Source of the DNA: Andalucia godoyi And28
Lineage: Eukaryota; Protista; Jakobida
NCBI GenBank assembly: GCA_009859145.1
Contig: VRVR01000032.1
Span: 152,854-216,853, forward strand
Length of the DNA stretch: 64,000 bases
Reading direction: 5' to 3'
Below are positions 21,432 through 32,900 of the stretch, piece after piece. The notes beneath the pieces were generated by a model. That model worked only from the letters and a program-made list of their open reading frames with translations. It had not been told where the DNA came from and ran no database searches. A program made the translations under genes and the position numbers. How positions within the stretch are numbered: the stretch's first letter is position 1; every line of letters begins with the position of its first letter.

Positions 21432-21739
21432 CAAGTCTTTTTTGTTGGTTGCTGGCTGTTGCTCTTCTTCTTTATTTGTCGTCTAGCGAGCGACTCAGGA
21501 CAGTTCGAAAAACACAGAACACCCTGTATGGACGCGGTGGGTGGCGCTTCGACCGTCCTCAAACGCATGAGTGAACCCCGCCCCCCCCCCCCCGGCCTTG
21601 CGAGGAACTAAGAATCCACATATGCTGCGTGTCTTTTTCCTCTCGCACTTCCGCTCGCATTCCTTCTTCTTCCGCTCTCGCGGTTCAGTTTGTTCATTCG
21701 CGTAAGGGCATTTTGCGACTCGCATTTTCAGATTGTCGA

Positions 21740-23215
21740 ATGTTGAAGAGATTTTTGGTGCGCTCGTTTTCTTCGCGTTTGTCGTATCCGTTCAAGAAGG
21801 ACTATCCTGCACCGACGCATACAGTACAGTCATTTCGCAGTTCGTTTACGTCGTTGCTTGCTGGGGCGCGCCAAACGGATAGTCCCTGTGTCCTCGTGGG
21901 ACGCATTGCTTCCATCCGTGAGTCGTCAAGCAAACTCGTGTTCTATTCGCTAAGCGCTCCTTTGGATCCGACGGTTTCTTTGCAGATTATGGCAGATGCT
22001 CAATATTATGATGCAGTGCACGGTCCCTTCTCAGAAGCAGTTCAGAATGTGAAGAGAGGAGACTATGTCTGTATTGAAGGATTTCCAGGAAAATCTCAGA
22101 AAGGAGAACTGTCGATTTTCCCAAGGAAAGTTACGGTTCTTGCTCCGTGTTTACACAGTCTTCCCTCGCACGATGGGTTGGCGGACCCAAATTTGAGATA
22201 CCGGAACAGGCACCTTGACATGATTGTGGATGGACGCAGGGTTGTCAAAGCTATCGAAGCACGAAACCACGTGTATGGAGTTATTAGACGTGTTCTCTCA
22301 CAGAATGGATTTACGGAAGTCGAAACCCCAATGCTCCAGTGGTTAGCGGGTGGAGCAAATGCGCGTCCGTTCAAGACTGCCATGGATTCGTTTGGAAGAG
22401 ATCATCTGCAGATGGAGCTGCGAATTGCTCCGGAGCTTTTCCTGAAGCAGCTTGTGATTGGCGGCCTGGAGCGAGTGTTTGAACTTGGAAGGCAATTCCG
22501 AAACGAAGGTGCCGATGCGACACACAACCCGGAGTTCACCACCTGCGAATTCTATGGCGCGCATCTCGATGCCGATGACATGGCTTCTCTCGCGGAAACG
22601 ATCGTTTGTCAAATCTTAGGCTGGCCAGCGACAAGACGGCCGTTTCCAAGGCTTTCGTTTGTCGACACAATTGAGCAAGAAACCAAGGATTTGATGCCTG
22701 CGGATTTGAGCGACGAAGACGCCATTCGGCAGTTCTGCTCAAAACACCATGCACTACCGAGTTCAAAGCCGTATACCGTATCACGGTGCCTAGATTCCTT
22801 GGCGGAGAAATTTATTGAACCGCTGTGCGACCCCGAATTCTGCACATTTATTGTCGACCATCCGATAGCTCTTAGTCCGTTGGCTCGTGAGCATCCGGAC
22901 CTGACGAAACGAAAGCGTGGGTTGTCGCATCGTTTCGAGTTATTCTTGGCAAGAAAGGAGATTGCGAATGGATACTCAGAACTGAATAGACCCGATGAAC
23001 AAAAACTTCGTTTTGATGCGCAGAAGGAGCAGCAGAAGAAGGGCGATGCAGAAGCTCGAACTGGGGCTGACGAGGATTTTGTGAAGGCATTGGAATTTGG
23101 GTTGCCTCCGACCGGAGGTTGTGGCCTCGGCATTGATCGTCTTGTCATGTCTTTGTGCCAGGAGAAGCATATTCGAGACGTCCTGTTGTTTCCGCTTATG
23201 CGTCCGCAAGCCTGA
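21740..23215 (+). CDS. KARS: Class II lysyl-tRNA synthetase, probably mitochondrial
   Basis: OB-fold anticodon-binding domain plus GGANARPF, LRIAPEL, FRNEG, HNPEFT and GLPPTGGCGLGIDRL. Presequence-like start MLKRFLVRSFSSR. Confidence 0.92.
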   Translation: MLKRFLVRSFSSRLSYPFKKDYPAPTHTVQSFRSSFTSLLAGARQTDSPCVLVGRIASIRESSSKLVFYSLSAPLDPTVSLQIMADAQYYDAVHGPFSEAVQNVKRGDYVCIEGFPGKSQKGELSIFPRKVTVLAPCLHSLPSHDGLADPNLRYRNRHLDMIVDGRRVVKAIEARNHVYGVIRRVLSQNGFTEVETPMLQWLAGGANARPFKTAMDSFGRDHLQMELRIAPELFLKQLVIGGLERVFELGRQFRNEGADATHNPEFTTCEFYGAHLDADDMASLAETIVCQILGWPATRRPFPRLSFVDTIEQETKDLMPADLSDEDAIRQFCSKHHALPSSKPYTVSRCLDSLAEKFIEPLCDPEFCTFIVDHPIALSPLAREHPDLTKRKRGLSHRFELFLARKEIANGYSELNRPDEQKLRFDAQKEQQKKGDAEARTGADEDFVKALEFGLPPTGGCGLGIDRLVMSLCQEKHIRDVLLFPLMRPQA

Positions 23216-23363
23216 TCCCTATCTATGTTCATCTTAATCCTTCCCTCATAAACACATTACCGTAGCCGTAGCGCAGATCACCTTCAGGAGCATTGTTTTA
23301 CTTTTGTTGTCGTCGATCTGCCGATGCCGATGCCGATGCCGATTGCTTGTACAATTTTGCGCG

Positions 23364-24017
23364 TCATCTTCCAGCAGTGCGTGTTTCTATTCTAGCAAAG
23401 TACTTTGGGTCCAAAACACCGTTCACACCAGAGCTCAGAACAACACCATTTGACGACAAAAAGAACTGAATTCCATCTCTCATGGCGCCGTGAGTGTCGA
23501 CATAAATGTAAACGTCAACGTTGTTGCGCATTCCAGATTTCACAGACACATCGCCGTGAATCCCCGTCGCAAAGTGGATAAACATTCTCGAAAATCTCTT
23601 CAGTCCTTCCTGGGAAATTGCAGGCAAAAGATGCGAGTATGTGCCATGTACAACAATTGCAGGAATAGTCTCTTGCGTCAATAGGACGTAGTCCTTTTCA
23701 ATGCCGTCAAGCTGAATCGAATGGCCTTGTGTTGCACGAATGCGGTCACGCGACGCATCGAATTCATATCTTCCCTTGCTGTCCGAAGCCACCACATGTT
23801 CCAATATCACGCGAGTCACCTGTAGACTTTTCAAGTTACGGTGAGAGAGCAAGTCATCAACGTGCATGAACCCGTCATCCGCTATGGCGAGACCCTCCTT
23901 TGTTGCCCCGTGCCGCAGAAGGTACGACATCGTTTTGGAAATCCTTGTCAAATCATCTACTGGACGACGCCTGCTACCGGATGCCATTTGCTTCAATACT
24001 GCTTTTGCCAGATGCAT
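23364..24017 (-). CDS. TPT1: tRNA 2'-phosphotransferase Tpt1/KptA
   Basis: Motifs LLRHGA, IRATQGHSI, VVHGT, RMFIHFA and SSNGVVL. Confidence 0.92.
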   Translation of the reverse strand: MHLAKAVLKQMASGSRRRPVDDLTRISKTMSYLLRHGATKEGLAIADDGFMHVDDLLSHRNLKSLQVTRVILEHVVASDSKGRYEFDASRDRIRATQGHSIQLDGIEKDYVLLTQETIPAIVVHGTYSHLLPAISQEGLKRFSRMFIHFATGIHGDVSVKSGMRNNVDVYIYVDTHGAMRDGIQFFLSSNGVVLSSGVNGVLDPKYFARIETRTAGR

Positions 24018-24419
24018 GCATGCATTAAACAAGGTTAAAGGAAAATAAATGAAAGCAAATAACAAAACCAATTTAAATTTAAATAACAAATAAAGAGCCA
24101 AAACAAAGTCGAAACAAAAAACTGCACAAAAATATAGCGCGTTTTTTGAATTTGTCGTTTGCCCAATTTGAACCAAAATGAAGATTCACTCTACAGCGGA
24201 AAAAGAGAAACGCCGTCAGCAGCTTTTCTTTTTGAGCTGGGCTTTTCGTAGTAATGCAGTGCATCGCAGGCGCAAAAGCGTTGTCCGCACTGCTGCTCGC
24301 CAAAGCTGTGCCACCCCTGCAATGCGCGGTGGTGATCCAGGTTGTCCGACGCTGACAGCATAACATGACACAAAATCAAACTGTTACCGCACCGCTCGTT
24401 AACAACAAGACACGCACAA

Positions 24420-25784
24420 TCAGGGGAGACTGATGTGGACAGTGGATGGAAATTGTTCAGAGTCTGCGAATCGCAAGGGAACCGTGAACCGGTGTCTTTG
24501 AAGTTCAAGGCCTTTTGTGACTTTGTGTACCGTCCCATATCTGACATGAAGAAAGGAAGTCCCCAACCACGCGTCCAATTCGCAGTGAAAGGGCTTGTCA
24601 CATTTGTAGAGAAGATCGCGCTGGAAACGACGAGCAGCGGCGTCCCACTGAGGATTGTATTCCGTTTCCCACTGCAAATCTAGGCGCTTCGGCGCAGTGT
24701 CGGCGTTGCTGGATGAGATGATTGCAGATCCAATGCACTCAAACTCAATACATTGAACGGGAAAATCCTTGACTTGCTCGGGAGGAACAGAAAACGAGAC
24801 ACCAACTCTCCCGTACGACAGCACGTGGGGCGATAGAATTTTTGAAGCAACGTCCAGTTCGTTGCACACTGGCCCCATCAGAGGCAGCAATGCATTTGCA
24901 GACACAGTATCCTCGATGTCAAACAACGAAACTTCCCCAATCCGGCAAATTTCGTCCAGGAGTGGGGAAAATCCCGCCGAAGAGTCAAATGACAACTGGC
25001 TGCCTATTCCAAGTGAAGCGCGGATTGTTGAAATGGAACTCAAAGAAAAATCCAGGACTTGGCACGGCGCCGAAACATCGGCAGAAGGACAAATGTACAG
25101 ACGGGATGCACATGGAGACAAGCACAGCAACGTTGAATCAACAAACGCAAGCCTGGAAGCAGAGAAGGCCTGTGTTTTCGAGAAAAACGAGCCACCGGAG
25201 TGTTTCAATTTCACAGTGCCCAGCAATTCAAACGAATTCAAAGAAACCTCATATATCGATACTTCCGGGCAGGCAACAGCGACGAAAACACGGTCGCCAG
25301 TCCTGTAGCTAACTGCATCAACGACATTCTGCAAATGAAACACCACTTCTGCAGGGCGGTTTCCTAATCTGAAAAGCAGACGGAGATTCGGATCAAAATA
25401 AATGCGATTTCCCAGAGAGCGAACCGAGAACACAGGAAGACCAGAGTGAGAACGGGTGGCTCTGTGGTCTGCACTTGCGTCGTTGCAGGCAAAATGCAGG
25501 GCCCTCAGGGATTCCAAAAACCGAAGCCGCTGGCTGAAATCGGCACATAACGGCAAAATATTCTCGATTGTGGCACTTGCAGGAACGAAATCGGGGGCAG
25601 GCAGCTTGATAAGCGCCATCGTGTTCGCTGGAAGAGGAACTCCCAGCGCAGAATCGGCAAATGCGAACGGAATAGACATCGATTTCAAGTGAGACAACGC
25701 CGTAGAAACCCAGACGTTCTGTGGTCTTTGGGATAATTCATCTACATTCAAAATCAGTTTCCTCAATCCAGATCTCAAGTACAT
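24420..25784 (-). CDS. Hypothetical protein, predicted beta-rich
   Basis: 454-aa ATG-started ORF filling the gene-sized gap. No motif recognised. Confidence 0.65.
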   Translation of the reverse strand: MYLRSGLRKLILNVDELSQRPQNVWVSTALSHLKSMSIPFAFADSALGVPLPANTMALIKLPAPDFVPASATIENILPLCADFSQRLRFLESLRALHFACNDASADHRATRSHSGLPVFSVRSLGNRIYFDPNLRLLFRLGNRPAEVVFHLQNVVDAVSYRTGDRVFVAVACPEVSIYEVSLNSFELLGTVKLKHSGGSFFSKTQAFSASRLAFVDSTLLCLSPCASRLYICPSADVSAPCQVLDFSLSSISTIRASLGIGSQLSFDSSAGFSPLLDEICRIGEVSLFDIEDTVSANALLPLMGPVCNELDVASKILSPHVLSYGRVGVSFSVPPEQVKDFPVQCIEFECIGSAIISSSNADTAPKRLDLQWETEYNPQWDAAARRFQRDLLYKCDKPFHCELDAWLGTSFLHVRYGTVHKVTKGLELQRHRFTVPLRFADSEQFPSTVHISLP

Positions 25785-26128
25785 GTGCTCATAAAAAGGC
25801 TTTGTTCACAAGCCCAAGTGTTCTGTAAATGTTTTTGTGCTGATGGGCGAAAACCAAAACCGCCAAGTCTCCGAGAGAAGGATTGCAAAGGCTTTCTTCG
25901 ACTTTCGACTTTTCGAAAAACAGCCACATTGGATATGATGACCAAGGCTCAAGCAGACATCCAGTCCGCGACTCAACGTCTCGGCGCGAGCGATTGGTTC
26001 TTTTTCTTCCTGCTGTTTTCTTCTTCTCCCCTTCAACGGATTCATTGTCTTCTGTGCTTCTTTTGATCGCATTCCACATCAGCACGTGGCGAGGACAGTG
26101 ATGACTGTGCGGGATTCTACCATCAATC

Positions 26129-27562
26129 ATGTCCACGTTGTGTTTTCCAGAGGGTAGTCCCTTGTTGGAAGAACTTCAGGAGGACATGCTCCGAGTGGCC
26201 TCTTTCTCTGTTCCCAGCGTTCCCGTACCCCCATCCGTGCAGTCAACGACTAGTCTCGGAGTCGACGTGTCTCTATGCATACTCAGTTTGCTTGCTCCTC
26301 GTAGTCGCTTTGCTGCTGCACGAATGTTTACGCTCCGACGGCAGGCGTACTCAGATGAGACTAATGTGACGTACGTCGACTTGCTACAGCTTCTGTCTGC
26401 ATATCGACGTCCGGTCTTGGACTGTGCAGTCGTCCTTCTCTTTCTTACCGCTGTCTACACGCGATCCATTCTTTTTCTGGCATCTTCTTTATTGCTTTTT
26501 CTGTTTGGCATTTGGTTCGGGAAACGTCTCGAAGATGCACGGCATCAATTTTCGAACGTGCGCCAGTTTCTTGCGGATGGCACAAGAAAGTCTTCCAAGA
26601 TTTCACGAAATCTTCGAATAGCTCGGAGAGACTTGCAGTTCCTCCAGTACATCAACGCACCACAAGAGGAAGTCGGCAGCCTTGTGAAAGACCTGCAAGA
26701 TCTTGAAACACAATATTGCTGGAAGCTCGGTTCGCCGAAGGACGCAAATGTGGAGACGTTCCTGGAACGAGTGGGCGTGGGTATTTTGCAAAATCCTTGT
26801 GAACCCAAGGGGTTGGAGTCCGAGACCCATTTGATTAGGAATGTGATTCCGGCGGTGGATTTCACTCTGGCTGGGTCACAAACACTTCGCACAAGAGCTG
26901 CACAACTTGTACGCGAACGGCATGCTGTGAAAAGTTCTGCTGACCCACCTGATACGGATTGGAGAGATCGTGTCCAGATGCTATGCTTGGAAATCTGCAA
27001 AGTACTGCATTCGAGCCGTGACGATGAGATGATTTCTCATCTGGAAATGCAGTCTCGGAAGCTGCGAGACTTGATCACGCATTGTATGAACACTGCGAAC
27101 GAGCGCGTGCAGAAAAATGACGAGCAGCCAAAATTGCGGGCGACACCGCATGTCGAGCCAGTAGACACAGACACGGATGCAGACGAACCAGGAATCTTGT
27201 GGGCCAGTTCAGAACCTCGGTATTCCACGGTTAATCAGGAAACTTTCAAAGAACCAATAATGGTTTTTGGAGACGAGCCATTCGAGGAAGAAAAAGACGA
27301 CGGAATGCGCAGCGAAACTAGAGAACCCTTTGTTGCGGGAATCGGTTTCCGTCTTCCCATGCATCCGGCAAACGCAAAAGTTCGGCCGCTCGTATGTGAC
27401 GAGTGGGTCGTCCCGGAATCCCGAGAAACAACATTTGAAGCGCAGGCTGATTCAGTCAGATCCGAAGGCACTGTTCGCAAAGCGCTGATGAACGAGCTGT
27501 CGTCTGCATTGCGATTCCGGGGAGATGCACAAAAATCGCGAATGGTACATTCACCGTTCTAG
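26129..27562 (+). CDS. Hypothetical membrane protein (two TM helices, helical C-terminus; weak vezatin-like layout)
   Basis: 477-aa ORF with a hydrophobic hairpin near residues 95-130. The family assignment is only a loose impression. Confidence 0.65.
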   Translation: MSTLCFPEGSPLLEELQEDMLRVASFSVPSVPVPPSVQSTTSLGVDVSLCILSLLAPRSRFAAARMFTLRRQAYSDETNVTYVDLLQLLSAYRRPVLDCAVVLLFLTAVYTRSILFLASSLLLFLFGIWFGKRLEDARHQFSNVRQFLADGTRKSSKISRNLRIARRDLQFLQYINAPQEEVGSLVKDLQDLETQYCWKLGSPKDANVETFLERVGVGILQNPCEPKGLESETHLIRNVIPAVDFTLAGSQTLRTRAAQLVRERHAVKSSADPPDTDWRDRVQMLCLEICKVLHSSRDDEMISHLEMQSRKLRDLITHCMNTANERVQKNDEQPKLRATPHVEPVDTDTDADEPGILWASSEPRYSTVNQETFKEPIMVFGDEPFEEEKDDGMRSETREPFVAGIGFRLPMHPANAKVRPLVCDEWVVPESRETTFEAQADSVRSEGTVRKALMNELSSALRFRGDAQKSRMVHSPF

Positions 27563-28401
27563 CGACTGAGGGGTTCATACCATTCATACGACAGTCCAGC
27601 AGCGGTGCGTGCTACGACATTAAACGGGGGCTGCAGCTTCCCGTGAAAGTAGTTCCGCACGAGTTCTTGAAACACGCTTTGCACATTGGCGCCCGACCGA
27701 ATCTGAGGACATAGGTGTCGAAACCACTTCACTCCACAACTGACATGACTGATTTCCTCGTTGTAAATTCTTTCGAGAAGCTCAGCAGACTCGTGGTCTC
27801 CGATGTTCCGGAACCTCGTTATAATCTGCGGCGTCACGTCAAGTCCTCTCGCTTCATGCACACAGTGCACGACAACCAGCCTCGCAAGAATGTCATGTTT
27901 TGTGTTCATTGCTGAGCTCCAGAGGCCGTCGTGTACTGGCAGGGAGCCGTAATGCGACCCCAGTGACTGCAGTCGGTCGCTCAGCAATCGGAAGTGTCGC
28001 GACTCGTCTTCAGCCACCTTGAGCCAGTCCTGAAAAAAGTCTTCTGGAAGATTCTCGATGTGCGCAAAGCGCGCAATGATATCCCAGCTCAAATCAATCG
28101 CCCACGACTCAATGTGTGCAAGAGAATGAATCATGCTCGCTCGCCTCTCCGCGGACTCTCCAATGCTGCGTTTGGCGACGTTCCCAGGGGGAACTACATT
28201 CAAATCACTAGGACGAGCGGGATGGTCCGAGACCGCAAGCTGTGCTGCATCCGCCGCGCGAACGGGTCCAATCGCCCCCGTTTGATACAACTCGTAAAAG
28301 CACTGAGTCATGTTTGACTTTTCGAACACGCTTGGACAACGAAGAACTGCAAGAGCAGCATGGTGCAGCGATCGGGGAATCGCAGAAGCAGCAGCGCACA
28401 T
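27559..28401 (-). CDS. DUF455 ferritin-like domain protein
   Basis: Motifs HSLAHIESWAIDLSWD, EDESRHF, VHEARGLD and EEISHV (di-iron ligand pattern). Confidence 0.88.
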   Translation of the reverse strand: MCAAASAIPRSLHHAALAVLRCPSVFEKSNMTQCFYELYQTGAIGPVRAADAAQLAVSDHPARPSDLNVVPPGNVAKRSIGESAERRASMIHSLAHIESWAIDLSWDIIARFAHIENLPEDFFQDWLKVAEDESRHFRLLSDRLQSLGSHYGSLPVHDGLWSSAMNTKHDILARLVVVHCVHEARGLDVTPQIITRFRNIGDHESAELLERIYNEEISHVSCGVKWFRHLCPQIRSGANVQSVFQELVRNYFHGKLQPPFNVVARTAAGLSYEWYEPLSR

Positions 28402-28699
28402 TCTCTCTCTCTCACTCACACACTCTCTCACTCACACACTCTCACTCGCTCACTCTCTCCCTCACAAATACAACACCAAACGCTGCAAACGAGAAGAAGC
28501 AGACATCACACAGACGACGATTTTATTGTGGTCCCACGCAGAAATAGGATTTCATTCTTTCCTCCCCGTCTGTTATCGGCTCACAAGCTGCACAGGTGTG
28601 TTGCACCCACGCAGAAAGAGTAGGGCGGCCGAATTGTGGACGACAGACGGCGCGATGTATCGTTCATTAAAACATTGTGCTGCAGAGATTCCATCTGTC

Positions 28700-28771
28700 G
28701 CGCATGTAGTACAACGGTTAGTATGTGACCCTTCCAAGGTTATGACCGGGGTTCGACTCCCCGCATGCGCA
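28700..28771 (+). tRNA. tRNA-Gly(TCC)
   Basis: Full cloverleaf: acceptor stem GCGCATG/CATGCGC, discriminator A, anticodon arm TGACC-CTTCCAA-GGTTA, T arm CGGGG-TTCGACT-CCCCG. Confidence 0.96.
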
Positions 28772-29051
28772 GTCATTCTTTTTTTTTTAGTCGTTTCCCA
28801 GCTTCTCTTCTCACAGCACCCCTTCGTTCCCATTTTATCTTTTCGCTCCGATTTTCGTTTCGTCCCTTCTCTGTTTGATTTCGATTTGCCGCATGACATA
28901 GGGGGGGGAACACAACAAAAACTAAGAAAACATAAAAAAAGAAACATAAAACAAAAAAGACGTAGAACTGTCGCTGTTTTCTCCTGCTTGTTCGCTGCAA
29001 AATGTCTTTTACCCGCAATCCGCTGTTCATAGGAAGGCCAGTGAATACAAT

Positions 29052-29441
29052 TTACGGCTCGTTATTCGGGCCATCTGTGAGCGCCCGGACAATTCGCATC
29101 AGATCGCAATCCTTCGATCCAAACTCTGTATGAGACAGCCATTCTTTAAGCGCTTGTGCATGTGCGACAAGCTCGATCTTGTCCGTCACTCTGGAAAGCC
29201 ACACAGGCTGCTGAACATCCGATGCAACGGAGTATGCAAAGGGCCCCGCACTGCCAGCCCAGCAGTGCATGGTCGAAGACAGTCTGTCAACAGGAACAGC
29301 AATCTTTCTTTCGATGTTCTCGCTGAATGGCCGACCACCAAAATACGTGATCGATATGTTCCAGTGGGAGCCGTCGCGGTGGAGTTCGTATTTGCGTTCG
29401 TCTGCAAATTCCCCAATGGACAGCAGCAGTGTCATGCTCAT
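29052..29441 (-). CDS. Small hypothetical protein
   Basis: 129-aa ATG-started ORF with globular-type composition, between the tRNA and the kinesin. Confidence 0.5.
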   Translation of the reverse strand: MSMTLLLSIGEFADERKYELHRDGSHWNISITYFGGRPFSENIERKIAVPVDRLSSTMHCWAGSAGPFAYSVASDVQQPVWLSRVTDKIELVAHAQALKEWLSHTEFGSKDCDLMRIVRALTDGPNNEP

Positions 29442-29979
29442 CTCTGGATTTCCTGAAAAAAGAAAGTCGAGCAAGCTACGCAGTTCTTGAATATGATGAT
29501 AATACCGCACGGAGAAGACACTGACCAAGGTGCAGACGCAAAATGCAGAATGCTGCCGAACGCTCTCCGCGCGCTGTACAACTACCAATCCTTCGTTTTT
29601 CCTGCAGTCCAGTACACAGCGGGCTTTTTTTAAAATAGAAGATTGGCGGATATATTCCCCCGCTGCTGCCGCAGCAGGCGTGACTTGTCAGCGTGACATA
29701 GTTGCTGTCATCCTGCACCGTTATTTCGCACACTCTCTGAATTTCATTCCGACACTTTTCACAAACAGGCGCAATCCGACTAATAATTATTGTATTATGA
29801 TTGCTGTTCTTTTTATGTTGAAACTGTAATTTTAAAGTCTCTTCTTTTTTAATTGAAAAAGAAAAGAAAAAAGAAAGAAAAGAAGTAGAAACGAAGAGAA
29901 TAGCATTCATCGTCCCTTGCCTCAAGAACATTCTATCCTACTAACGCAGCACTTATCTTGAGCGCAATAAAACTTTGAA

Positions 29980-32900
29980 ATGGAGAGTATTTTTGTCGCC
30001 TTGCGTGTGCGTCCGATGAACCCGCGCGAGATTGCGTCAAAACAAAGCTCTTCGTGGCATGTTTCTTCGAACACCGTCACACAGTTGTCTTTGTCCACCG
30101 GGAAGCCCATTCCGGGAAATGTGGCAACGTACTCTTTTGACAGAGTGTATGACATCAACGATGAAACCAACCAGATCTACCAGGAAGTTGCACAGAAGAT
30201 AGTCCATTCGGCGCTGGATGGTTTCAACGGAACAATTTTTGCGTATGGACAGACATCCTCCGGAAAGACATTCACAATGCACGGAGTGCCCGACTGTCCT
30301 GGTATCATTCCACAAGCAGTTAGCGATATCTTTTCTTCGCTTGCCGCGAAAGTCGATCGTGAATTTCTGGTCCGTGTTTCCTACTTGGAAATTTACAACG
30401 AAGTCGTGCGTGATCTGCTCTCTCCACAATCCGGGCCCCTTAAGATCCACGAAGACGTCGACCGTGGAATTTTTGTTGGGGATTTGAAGGAAGAAGTCGT
30501 CATGAACGCCGAGGAGGTTCTTTCTCTCATGAAACAGGGCGAGAACAATCGTCACGTTGGTGCAACAAACATGAATGAGCGCTCTTCTCGATCTCACACA
30601 ATTTTCCGCATGATGATCGAATCGCGCTCTCGGGAAGATGGAAATGTGCGCCTCTCAACCCTTAATCTGGTCGACTTGGCGGGTTCAGAGCGCGCAGTAG
30701 CCACCGGAGCTGAGGGGCAGCGACTTAAGGAAGGTGCACACATCAACAAATCGCTGCTCACGCTGGGAACCGTCATTGCCAAGCTTTCGTCTGGAGAGAG
30801 CCAGTCACACATTCCATACAGAGACTCGAAGCTCACCAGAATTCTGCAGCCTGCACTCGGCGGAAATTCTCTCACCTCCATCATCGCTACGATCACTCCA
30901 GCTGGCATGAACTGTGAAGAGTCTCACTCAACCTTGAAGTTTGCCAGTCGGGCAAAAAAAATTAAGAACTCTGCGCATATCAACGAAGTGGTTTTCGATG
31001 ACCAAGCACTTCTCAAACGATACATCAAGGAGATTGAGACGCTGCGAACACAGATCCGGGATCAGGAGGAATCTGGAAAACAAGACGAAGAGATTCAGCG
31101 ACTGCAAGAAGTTCACAAGGACGTTCTTACAAAACTTGAAGAGGAACGAGAAAACAAGCAAACTCTTGAAGCAAAACTGGAGAAGCTGCAGAAGTTCTTC
31201 CGAATGGAATCGACCTTTTCGATATCTGCTGCGATTGCCGACAATGATGCGCAGTTGAAGAAGATGAAAAAGGAGTCCAAACGTCGGCGTGTAACTTGGG
31301 GAGACGGCCTCAACAGACGGAAAATTCTGGGCGACGTACCCGAAGACGACTCTCTTGGTCTGAATCAGTCGTCGGCCTCCGCAGGCAATGCAGCAGTTTC
31401 CCGGGACGAGTTGTCCATGGATGCATCATCGTCTGCCGTGGCTGATGACCGGTCAATTCACGAGACCGTTTTGGAAGAACTTCGAAGGGTCAAGCGAGAA
31501 GAAAAGGAGATGTCCGAGACGCAAAGCCGGCTGAAGGAACTGGAGGAATTGTTGTCCGAGCGAAATGAGCATGTGAAGTCTCTTCAAGTTCAAAATTCCA
31601 TGCTTGAGCAGGACAATGAAGACATCTTGATGACGTTCTTGGATCTGAAGGAACGTCTGCCGTCACTAATCCGCGGAATAGAGACCAATCATGCCACGGT
31701 GCTGTGTGAGCTATCCAAGACGGTAGAACTGCAGGCGTGTAGAGTGAATATGTGTGTTGAGAACATGTTGAGGGGTGTTAATCACCATCATCCTATCTCC
31801 TTCCAGATTGTTGTCAGCGATGATGAAGGAGCGAAACAATCTGTCGAAAAGTTGGAGGCGCTTGTAGGGGGCCTGCAGGCGGAAAAGACCAGCTTGATGG
31901 AGCAGCTCTGCAATTCTATGGATGACAAGGAGTCGTTGATTCTGCAGAACGCCGAAAACGAAGCTGAAGCGGCGCTCCTGAAGGACCAGTTTGATTCCAT
32001 GCAGCGAATGCTGGAGGAGACTCGACTGGTTGTGCTCTCTCAAACTGAAGAAATCTCGAACCTGAAGGATCTGGTTCTCGCCTCAAATTCAGCTGCCAAG
32101 GTTGCTGTCGAAGAGAAGCAAGTATTATTCAACCAAATCAAAACGATGGAGGCTGCACACGCTCTTTCTCTGACTGAGCACGAGCAGACTGTTGCAAAAC
32201 TGACTGAGGACTGCGATACGCTGTCTGAAGAAGTGCAGAGGCTCCATATTGTGAACGAAGAACTGACTTCACAGTCTTCAGCGTCTCAGCGACTGTCAAC
32301 AGAGAGCTCGACGTCTTCCAGCAGGTCATCCTTATCGTCTGAGGCCGAAATGCTCCGAAATCAGCTGTCCTCTTTGCAGCTCGAGCTGGACGACGAGCGC
32401 AAGTCTTCTGAAGAGCTTCGTGAAACGCTTGCACAAGAGGTTGACAGGTATGAGTCCGAGATGAAGGCGCAGCAGAGCTCTTTTGAATCCCAAATAGAAG
32501 GGCTGAAGCTACAGTTGAAGGGTGAGGCTGAAGATGCAAACTTGCTAGCCCAGCAGATTGAAGAGCTCGGGCGAGAAGTAACAACTCTCCGACGGGAAAA
32601 TGGACTGATTCACGGCAATTTTGATTCTCTGCAACGCAGAATTGGAGAACTTGTTTCCGAAAAGGAAGCTCTGCTGGCGGAGAAGGACCTTCTTAACTCC
32701 CAGATTACCGAGTATGAACGAAAGGAGCTTTTGATGTTGGAAGAAATGGTGAGTACCAAAGAAGATCCACACGATTCGCAGAAACTGGAAGAACTGCTGT
32801 CCAAAATCAACGATCTGGAAGATGAAAAACGTGCTCTGATTGATGAAAAGAACGATGTTGCGGAGAAAGCGATGCTGCTAGAGCAGCGTATTATTTCGGC

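Noticed and set aside
24257-24366. Two-hairpin segment ending in ACA, suggestive of an H/ACA snoRNA
   Set aside because: There is no ANANNA hinge box and the second hairpin is weak.
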